64,000 nucleotides of DNA, from the NCBI GenBank assembly GCA_950097015.1, contig CATNEN010000011.1, positions 930,001 through 994,000 of the forward strand. The letters run 5' to 3'. Positions 1 through 14,059 of this stretch are shown one piece after another (position 1 is the first letter of the stretch; each line of letters begins with the position of its first letter). The stretch comes from Macrostomum hystrix. Lineage: Eukaryota; Animalia; Platyhelminthes. The position numbers were made by a program, and so were the translations under genes. The notes below the pieces were generated by a model, which was given only the letters and a program-made list of their open reading frames with translations, did not search any database and was not told the origin of the DNA.

Positions 1-321
1 CGAGTGCCTGGCTCCACCGGTGGCAGCTTGTAAGCGGAGCAGAGCCGACTCCAAACAATGCCTCCAAAAAGCTCCGCCAAGCCTACGAGCAAATGGCGAA
101 GGCCAGCAAACTCGAAATTGAGTCTCGCTTAGACAATTTTTTATAAAGAATCAACTGTTTGCTCTTATCTATTATTTGCACGAAACTTTTTAATCTTTAA
201 CTTTATACTTGTCATTGCTCTTGTAATATACTTGTAATAACTGCGTAAAAATGTATAAAACTTGCACCATAATTCAAAAACACATTTTCGCTGCGCTATT
301 TCAATGCTAGACAAAATACTG

Positions 322-3300
322 AGAAATGACACTAGATGGGGCAGATATACACAGCTGCACAGATGACGCATGCGGCCTGCTTTTTCAGCAGTTTCTAACT
401 GTCTTGAAGCGGCGCCTTCTATATACAGAATCTAATAGAAGACTCAGAAATGACACTAGATGGGGCAGATAGACACAGCTGCACAGATGACGCATGCGGC
501 CTGCCTTTTCAGCAGTTTCTAACTGTCTTGAAGCGGCGCCTTCTATATACAGAATCTAATAGAAGACTCAGAAATGACACTAGATGGGGCAGATATACAC
601 AGCTGCACAGATGACGCATGCGGCCTGCTTTTTCAGCAGTTTCTAACTGTCTTGAAGCGGCGCCTTCTATATACAGAATCTAATAGAAGACTCAGAAATG
701 ACACTAGATGGGGCAGATATACACAGCTGCACAGATGACGCATGCGGCCTGCTTTTTCAGCAGTTTCTAACTGTCTTGAAGCGGCGCCTTCTATATACAG
801 AATCTAATAGAAGACTCAGAAATGACACTAGATGGGGCAGATAGACACAGCTGCACAGATGACGCATGCGGCCTGCTTTTTCAGCAGTTTCTAACTGTCT
901 TGAAGCGGCGCCTTCTATATACAGAATCAAATAGAAGACTCAGAAATGACACTAGATGGGGCAGATATACACAGCTGCACAGATGACGCATGCGGCCTGC
1001 TTTTTCAGCAGTTTCTAACTGTCTTGAAGCGGCGCCTTCTATATACAGAATCTAATAGAAGACTCAGAAATGACACTAGATGGGGCAGATAGACACAGCT
1101 GCACAGATGACGCATGCGGCCTGCTTTTTCAGCAGTTTCTAACTGTCTTGAAGCGGCGCCTTCTATATACAGAATCAAATAGAAGACTCAGAAATGACAC
1201 TAGATGGGGCAGATAGACACAGCTGCACAGATGACGCATGCGGCCTGCTTTTTCAGCAGTTTCTAACTGTCTTGAAGCGGCGCCTTCTATATACAGAATC
1301 AAATAGAAGACTCAGAAATGACACTAGATGGGGCAGATAGACACAGCTGCACAGATGACGCATGCGGCCTGCTTTTTCAGCAGTTTCTAACTGTCTTGAA
1401 GCGGCGCCTTCTATATACAGAATCAAATAGAAGACTCAGAAATGACACTAGATGGGACAGGTATACACAGCTGCACAGATGACGCATGCGGCCTGCCTTT
1501 TCAGCAGTTTCTAACTGTCTTGAAGCGGCGCCTTCTATATACAGAATCTAATAGAAGACTCAGAAATGACACTAGATGGGACAGGTATACACAGCTGCAC
1601 AGATGACGCATGCGGCCTGCTTTTTCAGCAGTTTCTAACTGTCTTGAAGCGGCGCCTTCTATATACAGAATCTAATAGAAGACTCAGAAATGACACTAGA
1701 TGGGACAGGTATACACAGCTGCACAGATGACGCATGCGGCCTGCCTTTTCAGCAGTTTCTAACTGTCTTGAAGCGGCGCCTTCTATATACAGAATCAAAT
1801 AGAAGACTCAGAAATGACACTAGATGGGGCAGGTATACACAGCTGCACAGATGACGCATGCGGCCTGCTTTTTCAGCAGTTTCTAACTGTCTTGAAGCGG
1901 CGCCTTCTATATACAGAATCAAATAGAAGACTCAGAAATGACACTAGATGGGACAGGTATACACAGCTGCACAGATGACGCATGCGGCCTGCTTTTTCAG
2001 CAGTTTCTAACTGTCTTGAAGCGGCGCCTTCTATATACAGAATCAAATAGAAGACTCAGAAATGACACTAGATGGGGCAGGTATACACAGCTGCACAGAT
2101 GACGCATGCGGCCTGCTTTTTCAGCAGTTTCTAACTGTCTTGAAGCGGCGCCTTCTATATACAGAATCAAATAGAAGACTCAGAAATGACACTAGATGGG
2201 GCAGATATACACAGCTGCACAGATGACGCATGCGGCCTGCTTTTTCAGCAGTTTCTAACTGTCTTGAAGCGGCGCCTTCTATATACAGAATCTAATAGAA
2301 GACTCAGAAATGACACTAGATGGGGCAGATATACACAGCTGCACAGATGACGCATGCGGCCTGCTTTTTCAGCAGTTTCTAACTGTCTTGAAGCGGCGCC
2401 TTCTATATACAGAATCAAATAGAAGACTCAGAAATGACACTAGATGGGACAGGTATACACAGCTGCACAGATGACGCATGCGGCCTGCTTTTTCAGCAGT
2501 TTCTAGGCCTAACTGTCTTGAAGCGGCGCCGTCTATATACAGAATCAAATAGAAGACTCAGAAATGACACTAGATGGGGCAGATATACACAGCTGCACAG
2601 ATGACGCATGCGGCCTGCTTTTTCAGCAGTTTCTAACTGTCTTGAAGCGGCGCCTTCTATATACAGAATCAAATAGAAGACTCAGAAATGACACTAGATG
2701 GGGCAGATATACACAGCTGCACAGATGACGCATGCGGCCTGCTTTTTCAGCAGTTTCTAACTGTCTTGAAGCGGCGCCTTCTATATACAGAATCAAATAG
2801 AAGACTCAGAAATGACACTAGATGGGGCAGGTATACACAGCTGCACAGATGACGCATGCGGCCTGCTTTTTCAGCAGTTTCTAACTGTCTTGAAGCGGCG
2901 CCTTCTATATACAGAATCAAATAGAAGACTCAGAAATGACACTAGATGGGGCAGATATACACAGCTGCACAGATGACGCATGCGGCCTGCTTTTTCAGCA
3001 GTTTCTAACTGTCTTGAAGCGGCGCCTTCTATATACAGAATCAAATAGAAGACTCAGAAATGACACTAGATGGGGCAGGTATACACAGCTGCACAGATGA
3101 CGCATGCGGCCTGCTTTTTCAGCAGTTTCTAACTGTCTTGAAGCGGCGCCTTCTATATACAGAATCTAATAGAAGACTCAGAAATGACACTAGATGGGAC
3201 AGGTATACACAGCTGCACAGATGACGCATGCGGCCTGCTTTTTCAGCAGTTTCTAACTGTCTTGAAGCGGCGCCTTCTATATACAGAATCAAATAGAAGA

Positions 3301-3526
3301 CTCAGAAATGACACTAGATGGGGCAGATATACACAGCTGCACAGATGACGCATGCGGCCTGCCTTTTCAGCAGTTTCTAACTGTCTTGAAGCGGCGCCGT
3401 CTATATACAGAATCTAATAGAAGACTCAGAAATGACACTAGATGGGACAGGTATACACAGCTGCACAGATGACGCATGCGGCCTGCTTTTTCAGCAGTTT
3501 CTAACTGTCTTGAAGCGGCGCCTTCT
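322..3526. repeat. Tandem satellite, 124-bp unit, ~26 copies
   Basis: 'agatgacgca' recurs at 361, 485, 609, 733 (124-bp period). Units are near-identical with a few diagnostic variants (ggggcagat/gggacaggt; aatctaat/aatcaaat). No spacers. Confidence 0.97.
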
Positions 3527-3648
3527 TGAGATCCGCTGCTGTCAATATACAGTAAGCAGTGGATAACAAAGAAGTGACACACAATGGGAGGGATATACAG
3601 CTATTCAAAATGACACAGACATGCTGCAAATCTTAAGCGCTGTGAAAT

Positions 3649-4210
3649 CATTCACAGCCTCATTCACAGCCTTATTCACAGCCTCATTCACACTCACAAC
3701 TTTATTCACAGCCTCACTCACATTCACAGCCTCACTCACATTCACAGCCTCACTCACATTCACAGCCTCACTCACATTCACAGCCTCACTCACATTCACA
3801 GCCTCACTCACATTTACAGCCTCACTCACATTCACAGCCTCACTCACATTTACAGCCTCACTCACATTCACAGCCTCATTCACAGCCTCATTCACAGCCT
3901 CATTCACAGCCTTATTCACACTCACAACTTTATTCACAGCCTCACTCACATTCACAGCCTCACTCACATTCACAGCCTCACTCACATTCACAGCCTCACT
4001 CACATTCACAGCCTCACTCACATTCACAGCCTCACTCACATTTACAGCCTCACTCACATTCACAGCCTCACTCACATTTACAGCCTCACTCACATTCACA
4101 GCCTCACTCACATTTACAGCCTCACTCACATTTACAGCCTCACTCACATTCACAGCCTCACTCACATTTACAGCCTCACTCACATTCACAGCCTCACTCA
4201 CGTTTACATT
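3649..4210. repeat. Minisatellite, 18-bp unit (ttcacagcctcactcaca)
   Basis: Directly visible. It explains the (FTASLT)n and (VSEAVN)n ORFs. Confidence 0.95.
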
Positions 4211-4618
4211 TATGGCCTCATTCGCAGTCTTACATGTATATACAGCTTTTTCACATCTTTACCCACACTTTTAGTGTGTTAGTATTTTGATTTTAAGATT
4301 AAAAAGTTATTGTTAGTTGGTACAATTAAAAAGATATGTACCAAGACAATTGGCAGTAGTTTTTCAGATTTTGTTCTGCTTTTTGCGGTTAGAACTTAAA
4401 TTCTGTCTTTGTTTTGCAGTGCTTAAATATACACTATTTTTTTAATTCAGCTTTTTCGCAAGCATGGATCTTGGTTTTTACGCATATATCTCATGCGTCA
4501 TTTCTCATTCTGGCGTCATACAAACCCCCCTGTGCACCTAATTGGTTCTTTATTAAATGTAACACATGCAGTTAGGCCCTTATCTTTCTACCTTCATCCA
4601 TATCCATACAGTTTAGTT

Positions 4619-5388
4619 CAGGGGTCGGCAAACTCCAGCCCGCGGGCCAGATGCGGCCCTCGAAGCTCCCAAATCCGGCCCGTTGCCCCCTTCCGACACC
4701 TAGTATCCTGTCTCATCTCTCCCCTGTCTTATCTCTCCCCTGTCTTATCTCTCCCCTGTCTTATCTCTCCCCTGTCTCGTCTCTCCCCTGTCTCGTCTCT
4801 CCCCTGTCTTATCTCTCCCCTGTCTCGTCTCTCCCCTGTCTTATTTCTCCCCTGTCTCATCTCTCCCCTGTTTCATCTATCCCCTGTCTTATTTCTCCCT
4901 TGTCTCATCTCTCCCCTGTTTCATCTCTCCCCTGTCTTATCTCTCCCCTGTCTCGTCTCTTCCCTGTCTCATCTCTCCCCTGTTTCATATCTATCCCCTG
5001 CCTTATTTCTCCCTTGTCTCATCTCTCCCCTGTTTCATCTATCCCCTGTCTTATTTCTCCCTTGTCTCATCTCTCCCCTGTTTCATCTCTCCCCTGTCTT
5101 ATCTCTCCCCTGTCTCGTCTCTTCCCTGTCTCATCTCTCCCCTGTTTCATATCTATCCCCTGCCTTATTTCTCCCTTGTCTCATCTCTCCCCTGTTTCAT
5201 CTCTCCCCTGTCTTATCTCTCCCCTGTCTCGTCTCTCCCCTGTCTCATCTCTCCCCTGTTTCATCTCTCCCCTGTCTTATCTCTCCCCTGTCTCGTCTCT
5301 CCCCTGTCTTATCTCTCCCCTGTCTCATCTCTCCCCTGTTTCATATCTATCCCCTGCCTTATTTCTCCCTTGTCTCATCTCTCCCCTA
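4619..5388 (+). mobile_element. Truncated hAT (Charlie-like) MITE copy with internal 17-bp pyrimidine minisatellite
   Basis: Begins CAGGGGTCGGCAAACT at 4619, followed by the gcgggccagatgcggccc subterminal motif. The first ~95 bp match the reverse complement of the right end of the 25097-25869 element. No second TIR and no repeat of the upstream 8-mer (gtttagtt) were found after the repeat. Confidence 0.85.
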
Positions 5389-7768
5389 TAGTAGGGGCCG
5401 GGGCATATTGCCATATTTCTTAGTTAGAAGCCAATTGATATATCAAAGAATCGGACTTAAACTTAGGCCTAACTGAAACAAAGGCACTAAGATTTCTTTG
5501 ATATAGGCTAGGCCCCCCTATATATAGCTAAATAGCTAGGCAGTTTGCTGGCAGCTACATGTAGGCGTCCTATCTAGTCATTGATAGTTTGGTCGGTGCT
5601 GGACAATCAGCTGTATAGCATGCGATTTGCCATCATGCATGGACTCTGTTGCAGAGAGGCAATTGCCAATTTGGTGGCAATGCAGATTGCGATGACTTGC
5701 TGCATTATAGACTTGGCATAAGATGATAAGAGGACCTGCACAGACCAATGGTTCAGTATGGTTTAGTTGTAAAGAGGATCCACTGGACAGGCAGGCACGT
5801 GGAAACCGGATGATTCATGCGTTGTCTGCTTGTCTAATTAGTTGTCCCAACTTGTCCATTCTGAAATGATTTTTTGAAGAAAAATATATTCAAAGTATAT
5901 TCATACCAAATTTTGCTACTGCAAGTAGTAATCAAAACATTTGACAAACTAAATTCAACGAAAGAGTAAATTTGAATAATGAAAATTTGGCCGCATCTGA
6001 AATGAAAAAAGTAACAAAATTAAAAATAATAAAACTAGAGTTTTTAGGCTTTAGATTACGTGTAATGATTTGTGAGAGAGGAAAAAACATTCTTACTATA
6101 CATATTTGTCAAATTCGACACTTAAAGCGACAAAAAATGCATGTTCGGTTTGATGAATTTCTGTTCGGTTTGATGAAACGTCTATCTGAAAACCGAACGG
6201 AGCAGCAAATTCTGTTCCATCAACCGAACAAGAAAAAGAACTGAGTAAATACTCGAGTATTTCACACAAAATATATTGCATTCTGTACAGAATTTAATAT
6301 TGAATCCAAAGAGTGGTTATAGTCTCAAATCAGATAAGTTTTGTGGGTTTAAGAGTATTTCTTCTGCACACCTATGATTTTCAATAATCTTGCAAATAAG
6401 CGATTTTTTTACTATCTTCAGAACTTCTTGGCCTATAACTTTTTTCGTAGTGAATATCATAATAAAACGGTAGCACGAAACTGTTTATGAATTAGTCTGC
6501 TGTAAGTTAAGTGGTTTTTACAGATAAAAGCCGATCTCGATGCAAGACAGGAGGTTAAATTCGGCCATGACTTTGTTGTTCGGTTTTGATGAGACGTTGT
6601 TCGGTTGATGAGATTTCACCCTACTTCTAGTAGAGGTTTAAGTTATAAATTTATTTAATGTTTGATGTAACTGTTACATAGCCACAAATTTGCTGTCTGT
6701 ATCTAAGATTGATAAGTCTGTGTGCATTGTACAAAAAAGAGTCATTTCGCCACTCAAAAGACATAAGTTATACCTGTGCTGTTTTTACTCCAAATTAAGA
6801 GAGCCATTGTTCCACCTGTTGGTCAAACAATCTGCCTTTTGGTAATTATGCGATAAAAGTAATATATATATATATACAGAATCTACTTTCAATATTGTGG
6901 TAACTGCACCTATAACATGCAATTAACACATTCTAATTTAGTTTAAAATATGTTCGATACCCCTCGTGTAAAATTGTGTAATCTCATTTTGGAACTAATG
7001 GCTAATTGTCACCCGATTGTACCTCTTTCTACTCTTAGACTACTTAGCTTTTCTTGCACAAATCGCTTGGTAAGTTAAATACGGCGCATTAACATGTGGA
7101 AATGTAAGAGGCATTAGCTGTTTGTATTCAATTTGATTTTGGTAACACGTGTGCTGTTTATTACTTATTAAATTATAATAGCTAGTTCAAATTATCAACC
7201 ATGCAAGAACTGACAAAGTTTATTATCGTAGCGCATAGATATTAATTTTTTGATCTGCAGATCTTGCTGCGTTTATAATGCAATTGAAAATAAAATAGTA
7301 AAACCAAACTCCGAATCTAAAGTATCGAAATCCTTTAATTCTCGTCGAGACGGTTTTTCACATTCAGTCTTCACATTCAGAATGCGTTAAACTCGAAAAC
7401 GAAAGTGGCTTAGCCTCTTCTAGAAAATATGGCAGACACTGCACAGATTTAAAGTTAAATATTTCGGTTCTAACTTACAAGTTAGATTGAGTTTTAGTTA
7501 ATTTTGTGCAGAGAAGCTAAACTAAATCTGCATAGCTTAATTAATCTGTGAAAAAATAATTACTTTTGAGGTGTCCTGCCATGAAAATAATTGCACCCAA
7601 TATAATGCTTTGCTTGACTTGCTGTTTCTAAGGGATCCTGTCGGAGTAATTACCCCAGTAACCCCAGTTATTGGGGTCAGTTCCTTATCCGATAACTTTC
7701 GGTTGAAGACTCGTGGAATTTAGTTCAGTAATAAGGTTACATTTAAAGAGCACTTTTTGTGTCCACAG

Positions 7769-7797
7769 CCCGCAAAGGTATTGAAGGAGAAGACACG
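7769..7797 (+). CDS. Candidate 29-bp micro-exon of the giant-exon gene (..RKGIEGEDT)
   Basis: ttgtgtccacAG acceptor and GTcagt donor. Open frame ending in phase 0, compatible with the exon at 7982. The donor is weak and there is no transcript evidence. Confidence 0.35.
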
Positions 7798-7981
7798 GTC
7801 AGTCTGCTTTTTTCCTGTTGCCAGCTGCGTTGTGTTTTGGAGGTCACGAGAATTGCTCGCACACGCGACATTTTTTTCTGCTACAAAGCTGGGTTGGCTG
7901 AGTGTACACAGTTTTCTGTAGATGCTAGCTAGCTCGCATTGTTAATATATTGTTCGCTACAATTCTTTTTCTATTCTCCAG

Positions 7982-8126
7982 ATAAAGCCTCGGCGCCCAG
8001 TTGAACTAGATCTAAACAGTGACAGCGGCGGCGAGGCGGCTAGTTCTCAGCCTGCTAACCCTTCTGAGTCATTTACTAGCAGCCAAGGGGTCAGTTGCGA
8101 GCTGAGTACTGCTCATTCAGACCCTG
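7982..8126 (+). CDS. Internal exon of large low-complexity protein gene (IKPRRPVELD...SDP)
   Basis: ttctattctccAG acceptor and GTAAGT donor at 8127. 48 open codons plus 1 nt; phase 1 matches the acceptor at 8277. Confidence 0.7.
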
Positions 8127-8277
8127 GTAAGTGTTTTCACTGTTGCTTTCCATTATGTTTGCTTATTGAGCGGCTGTGGTACATCTTGTGTGCACAATAG
8201 GAACCAATAAACGAGTTTGAGAACATTTACAATTTAAATGCTAAATACCTAAGATTTTTTTAATATTTTGATTTCAG

Positions 8278-11200
8278 AAGCAGTTGAAACATCGTCATCT
8301 GCAACAATGGCCACAGCGACAACGCCCGCCTCAACAGCTTCGGGTTCGGAGGCTGCAGAATCTGCGCCCGTTCGTCAGGCGGCTGTGCTGAATCGCACCA
8401 ATTCCGAGCGCCTTGGCCAGAAGCCGAATCAGCGAAAAATCTTCCAAGAGGTTGTCACTATTAGCGAAGAAGATAGACGCGTTACTGAGACTGTCCTATC
8501 GGAAAACACTGAGTTTGAGACGACGCTCGGACTGGAAGAATATTCCATGAACCGTGGCCAGTCTCTGCTGGAATCTGTAAAGCATCACAGGGACTCTCGC
8601 AGTGCTCACGTGCGCCATCACGAGGAAGTGTCGTCTGTTGACATAGTGCGCAGGTGTGTTGAGCACGTTTATCGATCGAATTTCCGTTTGCCAGATAGCT
8701 CAACTGTGGCCGTGACTCACCAGGAGGTCTATCATACTACAGATCCGAACGTTGAGGTGACTGTCTGTTTAGCACAGTCGCTGCCGTCATTAGACTGTCC
8801 TCCAAGCTCATCAAACGTTGCCGAACTGGCTGAAAGACAAAGCAACAAATGGGCTAGCCTTATTCTCTCCTGTGACGGATTTCGCGACGACCAATTGTGC
8901 TCAATGTTGCTAAAAAAGAAAGGCGAGAAAGGCGCAGAGGCTGCTGCTGACGCTGCGGCTATTGCGTCCTCTGTTGCTAATGTTGTCTCACTAGCGACAG
9001 CTGACAAAACTGAACAGATTATGCAGCCTGCTACTCAGCCAGTTGTTGATGTATCTCTGTCCTCTGAGATCACTTATCCGCTGCCGAACGCTTATGTAGC
9101 TATGTACGGCGAAGATGAGAATGCAGGGTCTGAATCATCGTCCGCTGAGTCAGTTGTAGAGAATGTAGCTACCTCTGCTGGTAGACCTAACAATGCTACG
9201 CCTTCGTCAAAGCGAGCATCTACAGATCAGTCGACAACAAATCCAAAAAGCAGCAATTCTGCAAGCATGCCTAAGCAGGAAGCTGAGCAAAATACTATCG
9301 TTTTACCCACCTTAAGTAGCAAATCGACGCTAAAGCAGGCTAGTCAACAAGAAAGATTATCAAATGAGCATGCTGATGTTCACGCGCTACCAGAAACTGC
9401 TAGTGCAAGCCCGCAGTCGATACAAAATGCTCCGAAGTCAAATGATCATTTGGAGGAGCCTCCTAAGACGTCGCGGAATGAAAGGAAATCTCGCGAAAAT
9501 AAAAATACTCGACCAAGACCTAGTCGCTCAGCTACAAAAAGCGAAGATTCTGTTAAAGACCCTGACTCGACACATGAGGTAAAAGACAGTGTGGATGACT
9601 CGCTGCAGAAACGAATGGAGGCCTTCCTAGACAGAAAGAAGCAAAAAGGTCAGGAGCTTAAGCTTGAGCAGTCAGAATTGAAGATTTCGACGATGGAGTC
9701 CAAGCAAGTAACCGTTACGGAGGAGATTGTTGCCTCCAGTGAATCAGTTACAATCTTCCACGCTCCTAGACAAGCTGCTAGGCTTTCGGTGTCTGAGAAG
9801 ATGTGCATGGAGGTTCTTGCTGAACCCTTTGATGCAGACTCGTCGGATTCAGAAGATGAAAATCCGACGCGTCCTCGAGGCTCCTATAGTTACTTATGTG
9901 ACGGACCGAAAGGTAGGCCAGCTGAAATGGAAGATTCAGTTAAGATTTTTAAGCGCGTTGTGTCCAATGAAAGACGCTTGACGCGAGGAGAGATTTTGAC
10001 TGTAGAATTCAATGCCGGCAATGCTAAAAATAGCAGTGTTACTAGCGCCGGCGCTGAGGACTCCGAGCGTGGTGAGAACAACGACGATGACTCTCGCTAT
10101 CATGTTGTTTTTGTTCGCGATCCAGCTACAAATTCGTACGTGAAAGTTCACGAGCCAGTGTATGATGACGTTTCTCCAAAAGGCTCCAAGGCTCCATCAG
10201 AGTCTTCGTCGGGTCCTGGTAGCGTTGTCGACCAGCCTACTACAGACAATCTAAGAAACACGCCAAGTCAGTATCTAGAGAATCCGTTGTCACCTCCATT
10301 ATCTATTCAACAGCCACATGGAAGTGATGAAGTTGACATGCGAATCTGGTACAAGACAACACATACACCTTCATCCACAGAATCTAAGACGGTTACTACA
10401 ACAAGCAAGCAGGTTACTCAACTATCGGTAGTTACAACTCAAGACAGTGACAGCGTTGAAGAAAAGTTTTCACCTGGTATTGTTAAGCGACGTGCTGAGC
10501 AGTTCGAAGTACGGCGTGCTATTCGAGGTCACACAGCCGAGGAACGAAAATCCTATCAGGAATTAATAAATTCCGGAATCGTAAAAGAAAAACGTAAAGA
10601 GCACGAAGAGTTGATCGAGAAGGATGCTATGCCGCCCAGTCCAAGCGATTTTCGTCTTGAGGTTGACGCAGATCAGCTAGAGCGAGTAGTGTTCCACAAG
10701 GAGCAGGCATCGGTCACAACGTCTGGTCCTGTCACTTCATCTTCACCAAAAGCGGCATCAGTTGTAGCTCCTATTGTTCGTATGATGGAGACCGAAGCTG
10801 TTCTTGAAAAGCAGCCTGTCTTGAGTAGCTTTGATCATAGATCAGCGTCCCTTAAAAGCAGTCCAGAAAAGATACGACCAGACCCAGATACAGATGAATT
10901 GCTTCCATCGAAAAATGCAACTACGCAAAATCTCTCAGTCCGAATGGCAAAAGGTAGCGGTGTAAAATATCCAGCACAGGATAATCGTGCTGATATTGTT
11001 CCAAGCAAAAGGCCGCCTGCTGAAACCGCTCCTGTGACAGAAGAAAAGCAGCCTTTTAGTCCAGCGTCAATCGAGTCAGAAGCAACGATTCGATACGACC
11101 GTTCGCAAGAGAATCTTTGGTACTCTTTATCGGCCTCTGATCGTGAAAAGTACACTAATGAAATGCTTGCAAAAGCACAGGCTGAAGAAGAGCCTGGCAG

Positions 11201-14019
11201 CTCGTTGACTGCTGAATTGATCGGCCGATCAGAAACTTTGCGCTTTGATCGGGCCCAAGAAAACTTGTTGCCCTCCACAGCTTTTGACAAGTCTTTGCGA
11301 GTTGATCGTCTTAAAGGAGACAACCTACCTAAAGCAGAATATAAAATTTCTTCATCGGAACGTTTCGAATCCAAGTCTCTTCCCCAAACAAGTATTGTGA
11401 CAAGTAGTATGAGTGGTACATCGGAAGATTCATCCCCATCCAGTGCGGAATCGGATGGAGGTGGTGACTATGATACTGGGTATGAAGAGCAATACGACTT
11501 GCAGAAAGTACTGAAGAGCGTTAAACCTAAGCCGCCAAACGTTCAGCATCACCAACCCCACACACACGAACTGCTGTCAACCAATCTTACAAGTTTAACT
11601 GAGGCCGACGATGAGAGAGAAAGCGAGGGCGATACTAACAGTGAAGGCGGATCGCAAGCGTGCAACGATAATGATAGTCTAAATGATCATCTACTCTTTG
11701 CTCCAGCTGGAGATTCTGACAAGCAGCCTCCTATCAGTATTTTAATTACTGATGAGAACGCAATAAATTCTCTGCTAATCGACGATGCGTCTGAGTCAGT
11801 TTCTTCCTCCGCCTCCGACCAGGATGACGATGATAATTACAGCAATCCTGTTGAATGGTACAAACCTTCAGACGATCTGTACTTACCCAGACGTTACACT
11901 TTAGAGACAATAGACGAAGAGACTGTCACGCAGGTTTCTTCTGCTATTCCTCAATCGGGTAGTAACGATGCCACAGTGAGTATTCGGCAATCTGATCTGT
12001 CTAATCATGAAACTGTTCTAGTTCGACCTCCGTCACAATCCAACGGCAAAACACACGAGGTGCCTAGGGCTGAAGAAGAACGTGGTTTTACCGGAAGTGT
12101 TGCTGCTGATATTGAAGAGGCTGCCACTAAGATGGCATCCACAAAGATCTCGCTTGAGGCAGATGAAGACTTCGACATTAGGATTGCCGGCTCCAGCCAG
12201 TATCGATCAGCTTCTAAGACACAAGTGACAAACGTCGCGCAGACAAATACTCAGTTGTTTCGTGAGCAGGAAAGTCACATTAGTACGACGCGTGATACAA
12301 CACATGAAAGTCATGTCAGCACTGCCTCCACATCCCTGCTTGGATATTCTGTTCAAGGTAACGCTTCGATACTCAGCAAGCCTGATCCTCAGCACACAGA
12401 AGCTTTGATGGCTTTAGCCGAAACTGAAGTAGAGAAAAAGAAGAAACAAAAGAAGGAACATAGACGATCTAAGGATCGTCATTCTAGTCGGCCAAAAACG
12501 CCAAAGACTGAACCATCAGTTATAAAACCAAGTGAAGAAGTCGAAGAACTGTCTTTTGATAAAGCACCTGTCCAATCGCAGCAGCGGAAGCCGCAAACTG
12601 ACTTAAATAAAACAAACGACAACAAAGTCATTTTAGGTAGTCTGACAGTTTCTACTACTGAAAACGTATTGACAATATCTCAGCCCCAACCTCTGACCAG
12701 TGCTAAGGTTTCGGATTTTGAACCGGATGCTCCAACTATCAGCAAACCGGAAAAGACAAAGAAACTGAAAGACAGTAGGGAGCCTGCTGATTTGCAACCT
12801 GCGCCGCCGCTTGAGGAAGCCAAGCTTGCTGAAAAGGAAAGAAAAGATCGACGCGGTTCGGATACTGCTAAGCAGCCCGCATTGGAACCGGTCGCCGCGG
12901 TATCGACTAACGCAGATACGGAAGCAAGCAAGAAAAGCGAACCGGCACAACCGGCAAAGCTGATTCGATCATCATTTCGATCTTCTTCTGGTCGCAAGTC
13001 TAAGACGTCTGTAGAGGAAAAAAAGCGTCCGAAGAGCAGTAACGAGGAGGCGAATATCGATCAGCTGAGTAAAACTGCCTTTACCTCAGACCGGGCTAGC
13101 TTAACTGTCTCCAAATCTAAAGTCCCAGTCGATACTAACGGTGATTCATTCACTAAGACGCCACAGGAATCCGATCATCGTAGTCAAAAGTTCAAGAAAG
13201 AGTCAAAGAACATTAAGTCAAATCGTACTGCTGAAGCAGAAGTAGTAGAACTTGTGCATATCGAAGACAACATCGAAAGGGTGGATATTTATGCAAAGAA
13301 TTCTCGTGGCTATCAGTCAGGAAAACATGCACCTGTGCCGGCCAAGGAAGAGCAAGGCAAGGAGACAATTGTATCGCAGCCGCAACTCATGCGTTCCACC
13401 GATCAGCAGAAGCAGCAAAGCAGCCAAGCAGTGCCAGAGTTGGTAGCCTATGCTGCACCGTCTTTTTCGTCAAAGCAATCTATCAGATCTCAGGCCACGG
13501 AAACCCCTGTGGACCTGCCTTGTGTTGAAGTCTCATCTATGCAGAACCGACCAAAGCGTCTGTCAGGATCTTCCGTATCGCCAGTGCGGACTCCGACGCC
13601 TCCTCCAGTTGAGACCCCGGCTGCATCAAAGTCTGCTGAAGTAGAGGAAAAGCCTAAGAAGTCGCGTAGATCAAAGAAAGAGAAGCCAAAGGTTTTGCAC
13701 TTTAGCAATCGTCGCAGATCACCCGAGCCAAACAAGGCTGAAGAAGAGATTGGAGTTGACACCGATGAGGAATTGGGATTAGAAGGCGCTCAAGCTGAGG
13801 GCCGAATCGATCGTTGGGTTGAAAACACGAACAAACATTTGCTAAGCGACTCCAGTCGACCAACAATTTCTGGCCGAATCCTAGCCGATACGCCGAAACT
13901 GAACGATGCACCGCAGAGTCAGAGACCGGATTATCAACGTCAGGAGACTGGCGGCTTTGCTATAGCCGACACTGCGCCCGAGACTGCACCGCCCGCTGTT
14001 TCTAATGACTCGTTCGTTG
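8278..14019 (+). CDS. Giant exon (~5.7 kb, ~1914 codons) encoding an S/E/K/T-rich, probably disordered region; product unknown
   Basis: Non-repetitive 1934-codon ORF. Acceptor atttcAG at 8276-77 (phase 1) and donor G|GTAAGG at 14020 (phase 1). The ORF stop at 14070-72 lies inside a SINE insertion. Confidence 0.85.
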
Positions 14020-14059
14020 GTAAGGCTCATTTTGTTAGTATGATTACTAATAGCGCATT

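Noticed and set aside
322-3526. Possible CRISPR array or ribozyme-containing satellite
   Set aside because: Units are contiguous with no unique spacers, the context is eukaryotic with no cas genes, and no CUGANGA/GAAA hammerhead core was found on either strand.
3605-4274. (VSEAVN)n and (FTASLT)n ORFs on both strands
   Set aside because: An 18-bp stop-free minisatellite is open on both strands by composition; there is no splice or start context supporting translation.
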